64,000 bases of DNA, taken from Hydrolagus colliei (taxonomy: Eukaryota). Under the pieces are notes generated by a model. That model did no database searches. It was not told the origin of the DNA and saw only the letters and a program-made list of their open reading frames with translations. Where the stretch lies: the NCBI GenBank assembly GCA_035084275.1, contig CM068744.1:2604001-2668000 (forward strand), given 5' to 3'. Of this stretch, positions 1 to 13,500 are shown one piece after another. Within the stretch, counting starts at the first letter, position 1; each line of letters starts with the position of its first letter. A program made the position numbers and the translations under genes.

Positions 1-73
1 CACATCTAGTGAAGATTATTGTAGGTTGTGGCAATAATTCCAAATGGCTCTGTGAACAATGTCTGTGAGAATG

Positions 74-409
74 ATAATAATAATAATAATCCTTGCATTT
101 TGATATAGCGCTTTTCACATCTTATCGACGTCTCAAAGCGCTTCATAGAATGTACTGTAAAATGAATTGACTGTATATTTGTGGGCGAAACACGGCAGCC
201 AATTGCGCACAGACAGCAGTGTCCCACAAACAGTTATGGATTGAAATGACCAATTTTATTTTATTATTGTGGTTTTTTTTTAAGGGATTATTATTAGACG
301 TGTGGAGTAAGGAAACTAACCCAAGGTTTACCCCTGATCTGCCTGGATTCGAACACAGGTCTCACGCTTGTAAGGCAAGTGCTCTAACCACTGAGCCACA
401 GGAGCTCCA
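74..409 (-). mobile_element. tRNA-derived SINE (young family, Deu-like core, L2-like tail)
   Basis: Head with A box (TGGCTCAGTGG) and B box (GTTCGAATCC), core ttggctgccgtgtttcgcccacaaat, tail gaagcgctttgagacg...atcaaaatgcaagga(tta)n. Confidence 0.85.
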
Positions 410-1657
410 CAACCAGAAGAAATGTGTGCAGGGCAATCTGATCTGTGTTGCATCCAATCCATATTTGTTTTGATATTAAGAGTACATTAGAGCAGAAGTG
501 GTGAGCTACATGTATTTATACATTGTGAAAAATCCAGTTATAATATGGTAATAACAGGCTTATCATCATATCATGGGCATCGCAAACATTTTTTATATTC
601 ATGTATCACAAGTTTATATTTTCACACTCATTTTCACCTTTTGTTTAAAAATCCATATGTGTTCTTTGCTCTTAACAGGTGTGGAGACAGTTTAGTGAAG
701 GCTAGTCTTCTTACCTTTAATGTTACTACCACAGGCACAGAGAATGTGCCATATCACCAAAGTGTAACCAACCCTAGCATTGGGGCTCTGTAAAAGTTTC
801 ACCACTGTTTCAGCCCCCATGATGAAACAATTGTGGCAAAATCATATACTCTGAGTTAGAAGCATAGCTTTCCTTGCTTGCACATTGGTGGACTACAACC
901 TTACAAATTACAAAATTCAATAGGAGATTCAGACAGCAATAGTATGGGTTCTGTCAGCTGTAACTTGTGCCTGGATGAAACCTGCTTTCTGTTCATAATC
1001 TTGTTGCTTTGAACATTGTCTTTTGTACTATGTAAACAATGATATCGTGGTTCATCTTTGTTTATGTGATTTCTAATAGCTAATAACACCCAGGCCTGAA
1101 CACTTCCAGAAATATAGAAATGAAGCTCTGATGAATCATGGCCACCAACACTAGCAGAATCGTCTTGGTTCGAAATCCAGCTACAAATGTGGGTCACATG
1201 AACTACTCCCTCGTTCTGTTCTAGTAGACATGACCCACTGGAGAGTAGGAAAGCCATTGGCAGAGATGCTGGTCGCGTCCCTCCCATGTTATTATCCCAT
1301 CTTCATCTGGCACTGCCGATAACACAATGCTCCATTGCTTCCCAAAGAAAATCAGCTTGTGAAAACGGCTAACAATATCATGTTTATTGTCCCACTCCAT
1401 GAAGAATTCCTCATTTCCTCAAGTCAGATCTGCAAATGTCACTCATTTTAGTATTCGCCAACACAATAATGCATGCAATGATCTTGCTTTGACCGAAACC
1501 CTGTTCACACCTTTTCATGACTTTACATGGGTAACATGACTATAATTTCATTGCTTTATCAACTAACTCTTCATGGAAAGTGTCTTGTCTGCTGCTTAAC
1601 TCTTGCCACCAGGTGACTATTAGCTGTAAAATTTCATTCAAATTCGGAGTATATAAT

Positions 1658-2050
1658 GGATCAGTTGGTAGAACACTTGCCTTTGAATCGAAAGGTTGAG
1701 GGTTTAAGCCACCAAATAGGAATTTGAACTCACATAGGCTAGACAGACTCTTCAGTCAAGTGCTGAGAGTGTGCTGTATTGTTGAAGGCCCTTCTTTGAA
1801 CTGAGAGATGTGTCTGCCTGTCCAGGTGAACATTGAAAATCCCATAGTAATATTTTGAAAAGAAAAGGGCATTTCTACCAGTGCCCTGGCCAATTGGACA
1901 GAACAAATATCATTTATTTCATGGCTTTGGGACATTGCTAGAGGAAAATTAATTGCTGTGTTTTCCTACAAATATACACTAATTACACCTTACAGAAGCC
2001 AAAATATTGAGTCTTTTCAACATGATAATACATATGCAAAGATAATTATA
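1658..2050 (+). mobile_element. old DeuSINE-like element
   Basis: tRNA-like head tcagttggtagaacacttgcctttgaatcgaaaggttg, followed by a Deu-like domain (caggtgaacattgaaaatcccatag...gtgccctggccaa). Confidence 0.65.
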
Positions 2051-2117
2051 CTACTGTCCAAATTAATTTCATGAATGGTGATAATGGAGCTGTCTCCTCA
2101 ATATTTATAAACTTGTG

Positions 2118-2560
2118 TATCGGTTGATTCAGTGGAAGCACTATTACCTCTGTGTCAGAAGTTTGTGGGTTCAAGCCCCACATTGGAACTTGGAATCATA
2201 TAATTTAAGTCTGTGGGAAGCAGTTCAGGAACCAGTTCGGGAACTTTGTTGCATTGTTGGAGGTACTTTCCTTCAGATAAAGAGGTTGGACGGTCTGTTC
2301 AGGTGGATATTAAATATACCATGGCACTATTTGAAAATAGAAGGGAGTTTCTCCCAGTGTCCAAGCCAACAATCAGCTAAATAAAATTGTCCAGTCACTC
2401 CATGGCAGTTTGTGGGTCATTGGTTGCACAACTGGTTGCCGCACTTCGCTCACAAGCTACACAGTCGATCCACTTTACATAGTTAATCCTATGAAGTATT
2501 TTGAGATGTCTCAAGGTGCTGTACCAAAATGTAAGGATTATTTTTGTTATTATTATTTGT
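2118..2560 (+). mobile_element. old DeuSINE-like element
   Basis: Head cctctgtgtcagaagtttgtgggttcaagcccc; Deu-like caggtggatattaaatataccatggcactatttgaa; L2-like tail. Confidence 0.7.
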
Positions 2561-3298
2561 GATTTTACATGAGCTATTGCTGATTCTTGAAAGGAACTGA
2601 GAATCTGAAGAGAAAGCAACGTGTCATCTGTTGGAAAATGTAACATTATCAGTTGGTTGAAAATCTGATCTTATTTCAGAGACATGTAATGCATCCAAAA
2701 ATGTGCACCTTTGGAGGTGGAAATAATTCATAGAATAATTGATTGGAGTCCAGCCCTGTCACAGTGTAGTGCTTCAACACACTATTCTGCATGAAGGGTA
2801 TTGTATAAACACAAGTTGTTGTTGAGAATAAAATACTAGCAAAATCAATATTTAAAAAAATGTTATTGTTGTAAAAATATTTTTGAATGAAACATTTCCA
2901 TTGAATTAATGTTTTATCTACAGATTTATAAATATATGTAATATTCAATACTTCAGATTCATCAGATGTACAAAAACCAAACCATCATAAAAACAAAGGC
3001 GCTACACAAAATACAAGGATTATTATTATTACCAATGGTGAAAATAAAATTAGTTTTACATTTTGGATAAATTTTAGGCTTGAAGCACATTTTTAATGGA
3101 AAAACAATGATGTGAAATCTGGTGCCAATCAGAAGTTCATGAACAGATAATACTTGCTTGTTTGCTTTTTCCATTAAAAGTTACAGGCAAAGAGAAATGA
3201 TTCATAATAAAACACCACGCTACAAAATCATCTAGTTAAATCCCTTTAATTCTCCTTGATGTATACAACAAGCATCCTTAGGCAGTTTCAAAAGAAAT

Positions 3299-3601
3299 TT
3301 AATGCTTCTTGTATGCTGTAATGGATCCCGATTGAGTTGTTGAATGAAGTGATTGATCATCAAAGAAAATATGAGGGCGAATTTTATCTATGATCAGTAG
3401 TTTTGGTGTACCGTAAAGAACAAAGGCTTCATCCACCTCAAGGCCCCAGCCGCGAATTATCTTCAAAGCTTTTGCTCCATTAGTCCCACCGCATTTTGCC
3501 ATGATCAAGTATATTCGGATTGGGCAATCCGTACGTTCATTTTTGGCAAAGAACTTTTTCTGGAGTTTGCCGAGAGCTTCCAAAAATCCTACGAGAGGGG
3601 C
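3299..3601 (-). CDS. Gene B cN-I-like terminal exon (homolog of exon 6, diverged, shortened)
   Basis: acag|[100 protein letters not shown]. Phase 0 matches the donor at 28684. Linkage to gene B is inferred. Confidence 0.88.
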   Translation of the reverse strand, partial: APLVGFLEALGKLQKKFFAKNERTDCPIRIYLIMAKCGGTNGAKALKIIRGWGLEVDEAFVLYGTPKLLIIDKIRPHIFFDDQSLHSTTQSGSITAYKKH

Positions 3602-3819
3602 CTGTTTGTGAAACAGGATGCATTACAACTTCAGAAACAACTGGCGTTCAATACAGTACTTCCAAAACCTAAAATCACAGACTTAAGTTAATTTCTGCTA
3701 ATTTCATACTCTGTCACTTTAGGTAACCAGCACAATAGTTAGGTTAAAGGGACCTGAGTCTAATTTCCCCTTCATCTTTTGTGTGTTGTGCTTGCCTTCT
3801 TTTAGGTGACACATACAAA

Positions 3820-4010
3820 TAATCCTTGCATTTGATATAGCGCCTTATCACATCTTCTAGACTTCTCAAAGCACTTCACAGAATATACTGTAAAGTGAAT
3901 TGACTGCATATTTTGTGGGCGAAAGGCAGCAGACAATTGCGCAGCAGACAGTGTCCCACAAACAGCCGTGGATGGACTGACCACATTTGTTTCTTTGAGG
4001 GATTATTAAC
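3820..4010 (-). mobile_element. SINE 3' fragment
   Basis: Same core and tail as the element at 74-409. Confidence 0.75.
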
Positions 4011-5689
4011 TCTGGACCCATTGCTCAAATACTTCCCCAGCCAGAATTCCCAAGCTGTTTCTTGGCCACAGTGCTAATCTGCCATCAGTGCTTAGTATTT
4101 GCACAATAATTGCAGGGTTGTCATATCTTCCCATACTTCCTCTATTCTTTATGCATCTCAACTCCAATCAGCATCTCTCCTGACTGATCTGGAGAGATGG
4201 CCATGGAAGGATTATCAAATGAATGGTGTAGAAAGGCTTCTTTCCTTTACAGTGTGTTTCCAATCACCCATTGCTCCCAAGGCACCCACTTTCCTGCAGA
4301 AAATACAGAATGATACGAGAACCATAAGCATTCAACATTCCCACCTTTTGAACTCCCACTTGTGTTAGAGAATGGTTGATGAGTTGATAAATTATACGTT
4401 TGGAATCTCAAGCAATTCACTAGATAACTGGGCTGGTGAGATTTGGAGGCATTTATTTTAATATAAAAGTTTAAACATAATATAAAGAGGTGACAACAAA
4501 CCTACTCTTTTGAAACTTACTGCAAACAGAAGCAGTTCTTATTGTATAGTATAGTTATCAATGCCCTACATACTTTTGGAGCAACTAAGTTCCAAAAATG
4601 ACCTGGAAAAACAAAACTTTTTCAAAATTTGTTAACTGAACCAAATCTTAACTGAACCAATTAAAGAACCCAAATCTGTATTTTTAAAAAATCTTTACTC
4701 ACTCTCAAAGCTCACTGGTAGATCAGCGCATTTCAACAGCTTTTTTATTTTAATCTGAACATAGGATTTCTCTAACAGTACGAAAGAAACTCTGCCAACA
4801 GTATTCCTTCCATTCAGTGACGGAGAAACAAATGTGGGAAAGTACAGCTTTGAAAAGTGAAACTGATATAATGAGGACAATTCTTATTCATAAGGATTCT
4901 AAATGCTCCAATGGCAATGTAACATAATAGAAATTGACAAGTAAACTTAAAAGAAAAAAATCACAAAACATTTCAGTGAAGAGAACATCATATTGACAGA
5001 TTCCCAGCATCTGTAGTATTTTGTGCTTTGATCATATTGACAAATATTGACAGATCAGAGTCAGTAGCTCTCAAACGTAGACAAATTCCTCAAACTACTA
5101 ACCATGAACAGGAATTAGAAACAGAGATAAGAAGAAACATAATTAGGTTACTCACTAATAAGTGCTTTGGTTGTTTGTGTTGGTTGTAAGATATAGAGTG
5201 TAATGGAAAAGTTACATTGCTGCAGAAAAAGCAATCCACCACCACCCACGCCACCTCCCATATTTTGACAATTACCTTAGCTCTAATATTGCTAAATCAA
5301 TTTGTTTTTCCAAAGGCATCTAAGTTAAAGCACTGGATTGAGTGTCCACTAGTTTGTTTGAGTAATGAGAACGTGCCATCAATACAATTCTCTAATGAGC
5401 CAAGATAGACTACATTTATAGGTACAGTATAACTTGGGCAAAGCTTGAACTGTGTATCAGCCAATAGCTAAACAACAAAATTATATTTATAGAGCGCCTT
5501 TCACATTGGGACGACATCCCAAGGCGCTAAAGCATCGGTACTCTTGATTAGATATTGTTCTGATTGCAAGATTGACACCATTGACAGAGTATTCTAGAGG
5601 CAGAGTTTACTATCTTGCTATATGGCAGGTATAATAAAGAATGTTATTTATATCCTATCGTAAGCAATTCTAAGGGTATTATTATAAAG

Positions 5690-6186
5690 ATTGGGTTGTA
5701 TTGGGACCTGTCACCATTTGGGGCCCGTCATATCCAGGGAGTTCATTATTCTTTAAATGCCTTCCTTGGTGGTCTCCCCAGCTCCACAATAAACAAAATA
5801 CAACTAATTCAGAACTCCAGCAAATCCGCACAAAACTGCATATACTCATCACACCAGTCCACTGGCTCCCAATTACTGAACAGATCGATTTCAAAATCCT
5901 CTCACTCATTTCAAATCATTTCATGCCCTCTCACCTTCCTACCTATCCTCTTTCCCTCAATCCTTCCACCTTGTCCACTCCCTCTCCATTTAAAAAATCC
6001 CACCTAAAGACCTTCCTTTTTTGCAAGGGTTTGGGGAAAGAGCGGGGAAGTGGGAATAATTGGATAGCTCTAATTGACCTTCTTCTGTGTTTTACGTGTG
6101 ATTCTAAATGGTCCCTGTAATCAAGCTCTCTGAGACACCGTCCGGCGTGGAGGGCGCAATACAAATCCAAGTTATTGTCATTGTAG
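5690..6186 (+). mobile_element. L2-clade LINE 3' fragment
   Basis: Translated remnants ...INKIQLIQNS and HITPVHWLPITEQIDFKILSL, ...LKTFLF, plus L2-type tail. Confidence 0.75.
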
Positions 6187-6919
6187 TCAATGGAAGAATT
6201 GACTATTAGTCAAATCATTCTCCCTCCCTTCCTCTATTTCTTTTGTCAAAATAAAATCTGTGGTTCTTCTCACATCACAGCTAAAATGAATGCACGTATT
6301 CATCCTCCTCAGTACGTCTTCACTTGTTGTATACACCAATTCATCAATCGTTGACTTATAGAAGGCTGGTCTCCAAACAAGGCTAGCATCTGCAAGCAGT
6401 GACAATATTTCAAGATGAAGGAGTCCTATCACTGATGATCAGCAGTGAATTCACGCGGAATATTAGCCTGAAATCCAGGTTTGATAATTTGTCTAAGGTT
6501 CTGATATTTTTGATGTTCTGATTAGTCTGTAGTCTAATGTGCAGTCTGTGGATTATCTTCTGGCGGTGGACTTCCAGGACTTTTTATTAACAAATAGCAA
6601 TATTCAATGTCCAGTTCAAGTAACAATCAGAAACCAGCACCCTCCTTCACAATCATACAGCTGCTCAGCAACTTCTAAATAAAATTTTAACTAAAAAGAA
6701 TGTCAGATGAAGTAAGACAGCAGTAGAATTATATACTGTAATAGTAAGCAATGAGGGAAACAACTATTTCACCTGCACTAGTAGTATGGTATCATAAAGA
6801 TCAGATGCTTAAATTGCCATTCATTAATGTTAGCAAAATTGTAGATGATAACAGTTTATATGGACTAAGATTAGTATCATTCAAGCTCAACATGCGAACT
6901 CTCTTTGCTACATTCGCAA

Positions 6920-8100
6920 AAACAACTACCACAAAATTACACTTGTACAGCACCTTTCATGGCAAGAGGACGAAGGATAGTCATTGTCTCAGACTGGAGC
7001 TGGGGACATGGAGGGTGGAGGGAAAGGGGGGGGATTTGGGGTAACCGATGGGACCATCGAGGTTCTTGAGGCGGGACTTGAAGGAGGCTAGGGAGGGGGT
7101 GAGGCGGAGGGACTGCAGGATGGAGTTCCAGAGTTTGGGGACAGAGTGGCTAAAGGCTCACCCACTAATGTTGGGGCGGGTGGGGTGGGGGATGTGGAGC
7201 AGGGCAAAGCTGCTGAGCGGAGGGTGGACAGGTTGGCGTTAGGAAGTCAAAAAGGTAGAGTGGGGCAAGGCCACGGAGAGCTTTGAATGTGAGGACCAAT
7301 GGAATCGGGGGAGGATGGGGGAGATGGGGTCACAAAGCTTTGTGTGGTAGAGGACACGAGCCGCAGAGTTCTGGATTATCTGCATCTGTGGAGGGAGGAA
7401 TTGAGAAGGTCGACATGCAGGGTATTGCCGTAGCCGAGCCTGGACATAATGAAGGCATGGATGAGAGTTTCAGCGGCCTGAGAGGTGAGGAAGTAGTGGC
7501 TGAGTTGGGCAATATCACAGAGGTGAGGGAAAGCAAAGCAGATCATGGCTTGGATATAAGGGAGAAAGGACTGTTGAGGATTGAACAAGACACCTACATT
7601 CCTGACTGGCTTCATGAGGTTGAATGCGCAATCATGGAGGTTGATGCTGCAAGTGCTTGATACCTGAAGGCACAGGCGCAAACCAATCAGAAATACCTCA
7701 GTCTTGTTGACGATCAACTGTAGAAAGTTAGCTCTCATCCAGGATTTGATGTCTGACAGGTAGTCTGTCAGGACACCAGTGGTCCTGGAGTCGAGGGTAG
7801 AGGCAGAAAGATAGAGTTGGGTGTCATCCGCATACATATGAAAGTTGACCCCATGTCTGCGGATGATGTCACCAAGGGGGAGCATGTAGATGTTAAATAC
7901 TAGCGGGCCAAGGACAGAGCCCTGGGGGTCACCACGGGTGACAGTGCGGGGGCTGGAAGAGAAGCCGTTGGTGGTGACAAAGTGGAGATGGTGGAAAGGT
8001 AGGAGTCGAACCAGGCGAGGGCAGGTCAGTCAAGATTGAGCTGGGAGGAGAGGCAGTGTAGGTTGGAGTGGTGGACAGTGTTGAAAGCAGCAGAGAGGTA
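6920..8100 (-). mobile_element. L2-clade LINE, reverse transcriptase 3' part (degenerate)
   Basis: ORF 7376-7885 [26 protein letters not shown]...[15 protein letters not shown] contains the RT YADD motif; 3' tail near 6920. Confidence 0.9.
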
Positions 8101-8999
8101 ATGCCCCCACTTACTTCCCTCCATCCTCCCCCCCTCCCCCCTACCCTCCCATCCTCCATCCAGGAGGGCAGTTACCAGTTGGTTATTTGATATCTGACAA
8201 GTGTGGGTTTAAGTCCTCTCTAGGTGAATGGAGGTAATAATAATAATCCTTTCATTTGATATGGCGCTTTTCATGTGTTCAAGACGTATTAAAGTGCTTC
8301 ACAGAATATACTTTAAAGTGAATTAACTGTACATTTGTAGGAGAAAACGGGGCAGCCAATTGGGCACAGCGGTGTCCCATAAACAGTCGATAACAGGAAC
8401 CAGTGAGTTTCCTGGTGGGCAACACATCTCAGCATGAAATGCAATTTGTTTTTGGTGAGGGGGTCAACTAGGTGTCCAACACACGAGGAAACCCATCGCC
8501 AGGCTTAAGAGTATCCAAGCCAAGCTGAGATTTCCATGCAATCCACCCACACATGGAAATCCCAGAGACAGATTGTGCCAATGGAATGCACACTCTCCCC
8601 CAGAAAGACACATTCTGCTTACCTAATTTTGGAAAGTATTAGATGCATGTTGGCAAGAGCCAACACTTGGGGAACCCAGAGTGTGTTTTGGGGTTACTGT
8701 TGGTGTCTAACCACCTAAACCCTCATAGCTTCCCATTGATATTGCTGGCCAGTAAGCTTTCTGCTGTTTAGTCCATAATTGCACAACAATAACAACTTAC
8801 ATTGTGGACCACCCTATCCATTCAGGCTTTGGCTTTCAGAGTTAACAGGAGCTGAGTGGGAGGATAGTCACTGGTTGGTTATTTAACATCCATCAAGCAC
8901 AGGGTTTGAGCCCTCAGGAGGTGATGGTGGGTACCAGGAACTCCCTGTGAGCTTCCTGATGGAGAACACATCTCTGCATCAAATGAGCAAGAGCATTAC

Positions 9000-9510
9000 C
9001 ACCATCTTTCTGTCCACAGCTCAGGCACATGTCCCTTCCACCAATTGCAGATGAAAAGCTTAAGCAGCAGCCGTTTGCCTTTCCGCAGGCCAATCAAGGT
9101 GGGTTCTAGGCACTGGACGTACACACATTTGTTCACTCAGACTCTAGGTAGAGCCTTCCAGCAGTTGTCACCCCAAGTCTCAGAGTTTCCTCATCAGTTA
9201 TCTGGTGGGCATACCTTCAATGTGGTGGATGGACCTTTACACGACAGATGGTGACGTGTCAGCCACTTTGATGTTCTTGAGCCTATTGTCGTGTACCAGA
9301 CTTCCTCAGCACCAGCGAGAGGGGCCTTGGCAAATAGACGCGCACACTGTGAAGCCGATTCCATCTCCAGGATTCTCAGCGATAGGTCAGTGTAGGCCAG
9401 TGTCCTCCCTTCCTGCAGCCACTTCCCGTGTTTGCCGCAAATTCCACCTTATTGCTTGACGCTGGACTTTGCAAATGGGCCAGTGGAAGCCTCTCCACTG
9501 CCAGGTGCAA
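9000..9510 (-). mobile_element. possible RTE/RTEX-like LINE C-terminal remnant
   Basis: Minus-strand remnant ..WRWNRLHSV...AQEHQS..HVTICRV resembles the W..LNRLR..C..C.HI..C tail of RTEX-type ORF2; heavily decayed. Confidence 0.35.
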
Positions 9511-10715
9511 CAACAAAATTATTTTCTTCCACGTAACTTTTGCAATTGTATCCATGTAATGCAATCCATATATTGCAACACACAATCTCTTTTCTAATGA
9601 AAACATGTTGAGTCCCACAAGTCTCTCTCAAGAGGGGCCAAATTGATTTGCATCGCATGCATTTATACTCTTAACATTATATATTCAATATTCTGGTAAA
9701 GCTATTTCCTCAAGGCAATCGTGGCAGCTGGGTTCCAGAACAAAATGTTTCATGCTTGAATGTCTCACACATGATTTACACTGGGATTTTCATGGCAATT
9801 TGGCTAGTTTTTTGTGCCAATTTGGCATGAATTTCATGGTGAATCAGCACAAAAAGCATTGTATAAACTATACATTAATCTTTTCTATAAGCCTCATGTT
9901 CAAACACTTAAGTAGATTATTGCCAGTGATTTGTCCTTGTGAACTCACTTGCTGGTATCCTGAATGAATTCCAGTGGATATAAAGCACATTATTTCTTGT
10001 ATATCCATTGCAATTATGTATAATGACTTATGGGCTCCTTTAATTAACATAATAGTAGGTTGTAAAATGTTCTAGAGGGCTTCCCCGATGTCTCTAGTAC
10101 TAACAATCCAAATGGTCTACAATTTAAATGTAAGGAGCCATAAACATTTCATATCCTAGGATAGCTTAATCTTCCCACTCTTTATTTCTTCAAACCCTTT
10201 CTCCCTCATAGCCATAATCTTAGCTCTCTGCGGTTTATCTGCATCTTTCGATCTCTCACACAGCTCTCATCAAACTTGTATGAAGTCTGTTCATTTTACT
10301 CTCCAGTAACTTAGTCACTGGCTACACAATAATGTTTCTAGACTTAATTCTAGACAGCAATGTCAACCTCTCTTATTTTCAACAAATAAACAGATTTCAA
10401 AACTTTTATCATCATTCGTCTTATTAAAAATCTCTTCCATGATCTATCCACATTCTCAACGTACTCTTTCTTGTCAACTCAGTAGCGTGTATTGCCATTC
10501 GACCAAGTTCTGTCACTTCTGTCATTGTTCCTTGATTAAGACTCTGGCACATGGCTGGTGTACTTTACCAATAGCGTCTGTCTGTCTGCAATCAGGGCTT
10601 GTTGTTTATCGACAAAAGGTTGATCCTCGGTGTTGGAGAATGATCTCTACTGGTGGAGGAATGAGCTATAAGCAATATTCAGACGTATATTGAATATTAT
10701 ATTCAATAATCTGAC

Positions 10716-10785
10716 TCTTTCAAGTCAGAACTCTCTGAATATTATATTCAATATAATATAAGTCAGAGAGTTCTGACTTGAAAGA
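10716..10785. repeat. near-perfect inverted repeat / hairpin
   Basis: 23-bp perfect arms tctttcaagtcagaactctctga (10716-10738) / tcagagagttctgacttgaaaga (10763-10785), with a self-complementary AT-rich spacer. Confidence 0.9.
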
Positions 10786-11554
10786 TGCCTCCATAGGGAT
10801 TATATAGAGGTATACAAGATTTAAAATTGAAAATATGAACCTGGAACAATACATTTTATGCATCGTAGAACACAAGGTTTAGAATTGCAAAGGGCAAATT
10901 CAGGAAAGATATCAGTAAACATTTCTTTACTTCTGGGTATCTGTCCAGAATCTGTCACTTGGATGAAGCTAGGATGTTGGATTTATTCAAAAATATTAAA
11001 GGATGTTCTTCATCTGAACCAACCTTGTGGTATGAATTTGGATTTCTCTGTTTCCTGCTGTTGTTGAGCATTTCGTTTGTGTCCATCACATTTCCTCCAA
11101 GACACAATGCTAAGCCATCACAATTTTGACATGTATTTTGGGAGCAAGGTCCCATCAAAGCCTTAATGTGAATAAACAGGTACTCTCTCTGGTGGGTTCT
11201 CTATCATCCATTTGAACAGGTAGACCGCATTTCAGTTTAAACATCTGATCTGAATTATAGAACTTCTGTCAGTAAGCACTCTCCCAGAGCTGAACATTGC
11301 ATCAGCCTAGAGTTGTTTCAACATGGGAATTGAACCACCATCAATTGGTGCCAACTGAGCAAACTTTGACACATTATATGTGGTCTTGGAAAGTGAGTTA
11401 AATCCTTACATATCAAGTTTAAACTGGCTGATTCTTAGAATTCTCAGCTCCATTAATAAGTTAATACTGAAGTTGATGGCCAAGTTGTCAGTCAAATATC
11501 AGAAATTGGTGACATAGAAAAATTGAGTATCAAGAAATCAGATCAGTTGAGTCT

Positions 11555-11930
11555 AGGAGCGTATTGGTTAGAGCAATCACTTCATAAGCAAGAGAACCCA
11601 GGTTAAATTCCTGGCCGGGGCAAAACCTTATCCAAGTTTCCTCACTCTATCACTCTATTCTGCTAGGTAGACGTGCCTCTGTCTACCTAGCAGTAAGTAC
11701 TAACCTAGTTGATTGGCAGCTTTCTTTTCCAGGGATAATAGTACTTAAAAAAAAACTTGATCACTCAATCCACAATGTTTCATGGGATGCTGCTGTGCAC
11801 ATTTGGCTGCTGCTTTATACCCACAGAATAGTCAATTCACTTCACAATATATTCAGTCGAGCGCTTTGAGATGTCTCAACAACGTGATCAGTTGCTATAT
11901 CAAATACAATCATTATTAATATTATTATTA
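11555..11930 (+). mobile_element. tRNA-derived SINE
   Basis: Head ggttagagcaatcacttcataagcaagagaacccagg, core and tail ...gctatatcaaatacaatcattatta. Confidence 0.75.
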
Positions 11931-13500
11931 GATACATATGCACATAATAAATAGGAGCAGGTGTAGGCTTTTCGACCCCTCGAGCCTGCTCTGCCATTTA
12001 ATAAGATCATGGCTGATCTTCTAACCTAATTCGATTTACCAGCCCTATATACATTAATGAGACAAAAATGTACCTACCCATTAGTTCAAAAGGGAGTGGG
12101 CTGTGGGACGGTGTATCTGTTGCATGGGTGCATGGGTTCAGCACAAGACACATCTCTTCCAAACAATAGGAGAATTGTTCTTATACTCTTTTTGGCCCAA
12201 TGTGAAGGAGTGAGAAAACTGCTTGTTTTTTGGGGAATATGGCAGTCTGATACTGTCTCACACATCGGCCCAGAAGTCTGGAAACGGATGTTAATTTGAA
12301 GCTGTCCTTTCTTTTACTTGAGGCGGATGTTCAAGAAGGTGATTAGCATTGCCAAATTGTCAAGGTTTTCAATCAATAATATATCTGGCTTTCTTCAAAT
12401 TTGCATAAAATAAATGGTACGTATTCTGATTTCTGATCCAAATGTGATAAATCCCGAGGTGATGCATTTCTGACAGGGACTACCGAGAATGGAAACTGGA
12501 GACTCTTGCGCAACCAGAAGCTCATAAAGGCTGAGGTTTGCATCAGTAGAAGGTACCATAGATAAAGGATTGAAACACAATATTCACAAGCAGTTAGAAG
12601 TCTCAACTGTTGCAACAGTTTCTGATTTGTGAATATCACATTTTCCTCCCCAATGGGTACAAATGGGAAGAACCTTCTGCAATCAATACAAAGGTGAAAC
12701 CCTGTATAAAAACACTCATGCTGTAAGAACTTTGACCATCTTTCCCAATAAAATGGATTGTTTGCCTGAAGGGCAGGAAAAAGTAGAATACCGTCAGAAA
12801 TTGCTTCTCAAAAAACATAAAAAATATGATGTGACAAGAACAAATAGCTTGATAAAAGAATTATGAACACATGGTCATATTTCATATTGTTATATTCCAG
12901 GCCAGATCTAATTTCTAAATAAAAACAGAATATTTTAGTTAAATTTTAGTTTAGTGTAATCTATAATGGTCTACATTGCAGAATTTCATGGCCACCAAAA
13001 ACATACTTTTTCATTTGTAGGGCACAGTAGCTGTTTGTGGTCAAATACATTTTACAAACTCTTAATTGTCTAAAATATACAGTAAATTTGCCTATAGTCC
13101 TGTATTGAGGGAATTTTGATGGGAAAGTTTGCGTTCGCCCTAACCTAATAACCTAATAGCTTTGGTTTCTTTTTATTTTGGATTTAGAATATTACCTTTA
13201 TTACCTGGCAGTTCCTACTCCTCATGTTACAGCTTTACTCTGTGAGTGACATTGGGTTAATGTCTACAGGCTAGTCAGAGCTCAAACTGTTCCTGACCAT
13301 TTCACGGAGACAATTGTAGAGAGTCAAAATCTAAACAACAGCAACAACAATAACAACTTACATTTATTTATATAGCGCCCTCCACACTCAGCTGAGTCTA
13401 AAAGCAGTTGATAATGGTGGAGCCTGAGGCCGAGCCAGGAGGAGAGGGAAGGTGACAGTGAACACAGTCAAAGGAAAAGGTCTTCAGGTGCAACCTGAAG

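Noticed and set aside
901-1287. 128-aa minus-strand ORF
   Set aside because: No recognisable homology or clean splice frame; neighbouring frames are closed
12057-12866. Cluster of short ORFs on both strands
   Set aside because: No continuous frame and no recognisable motif
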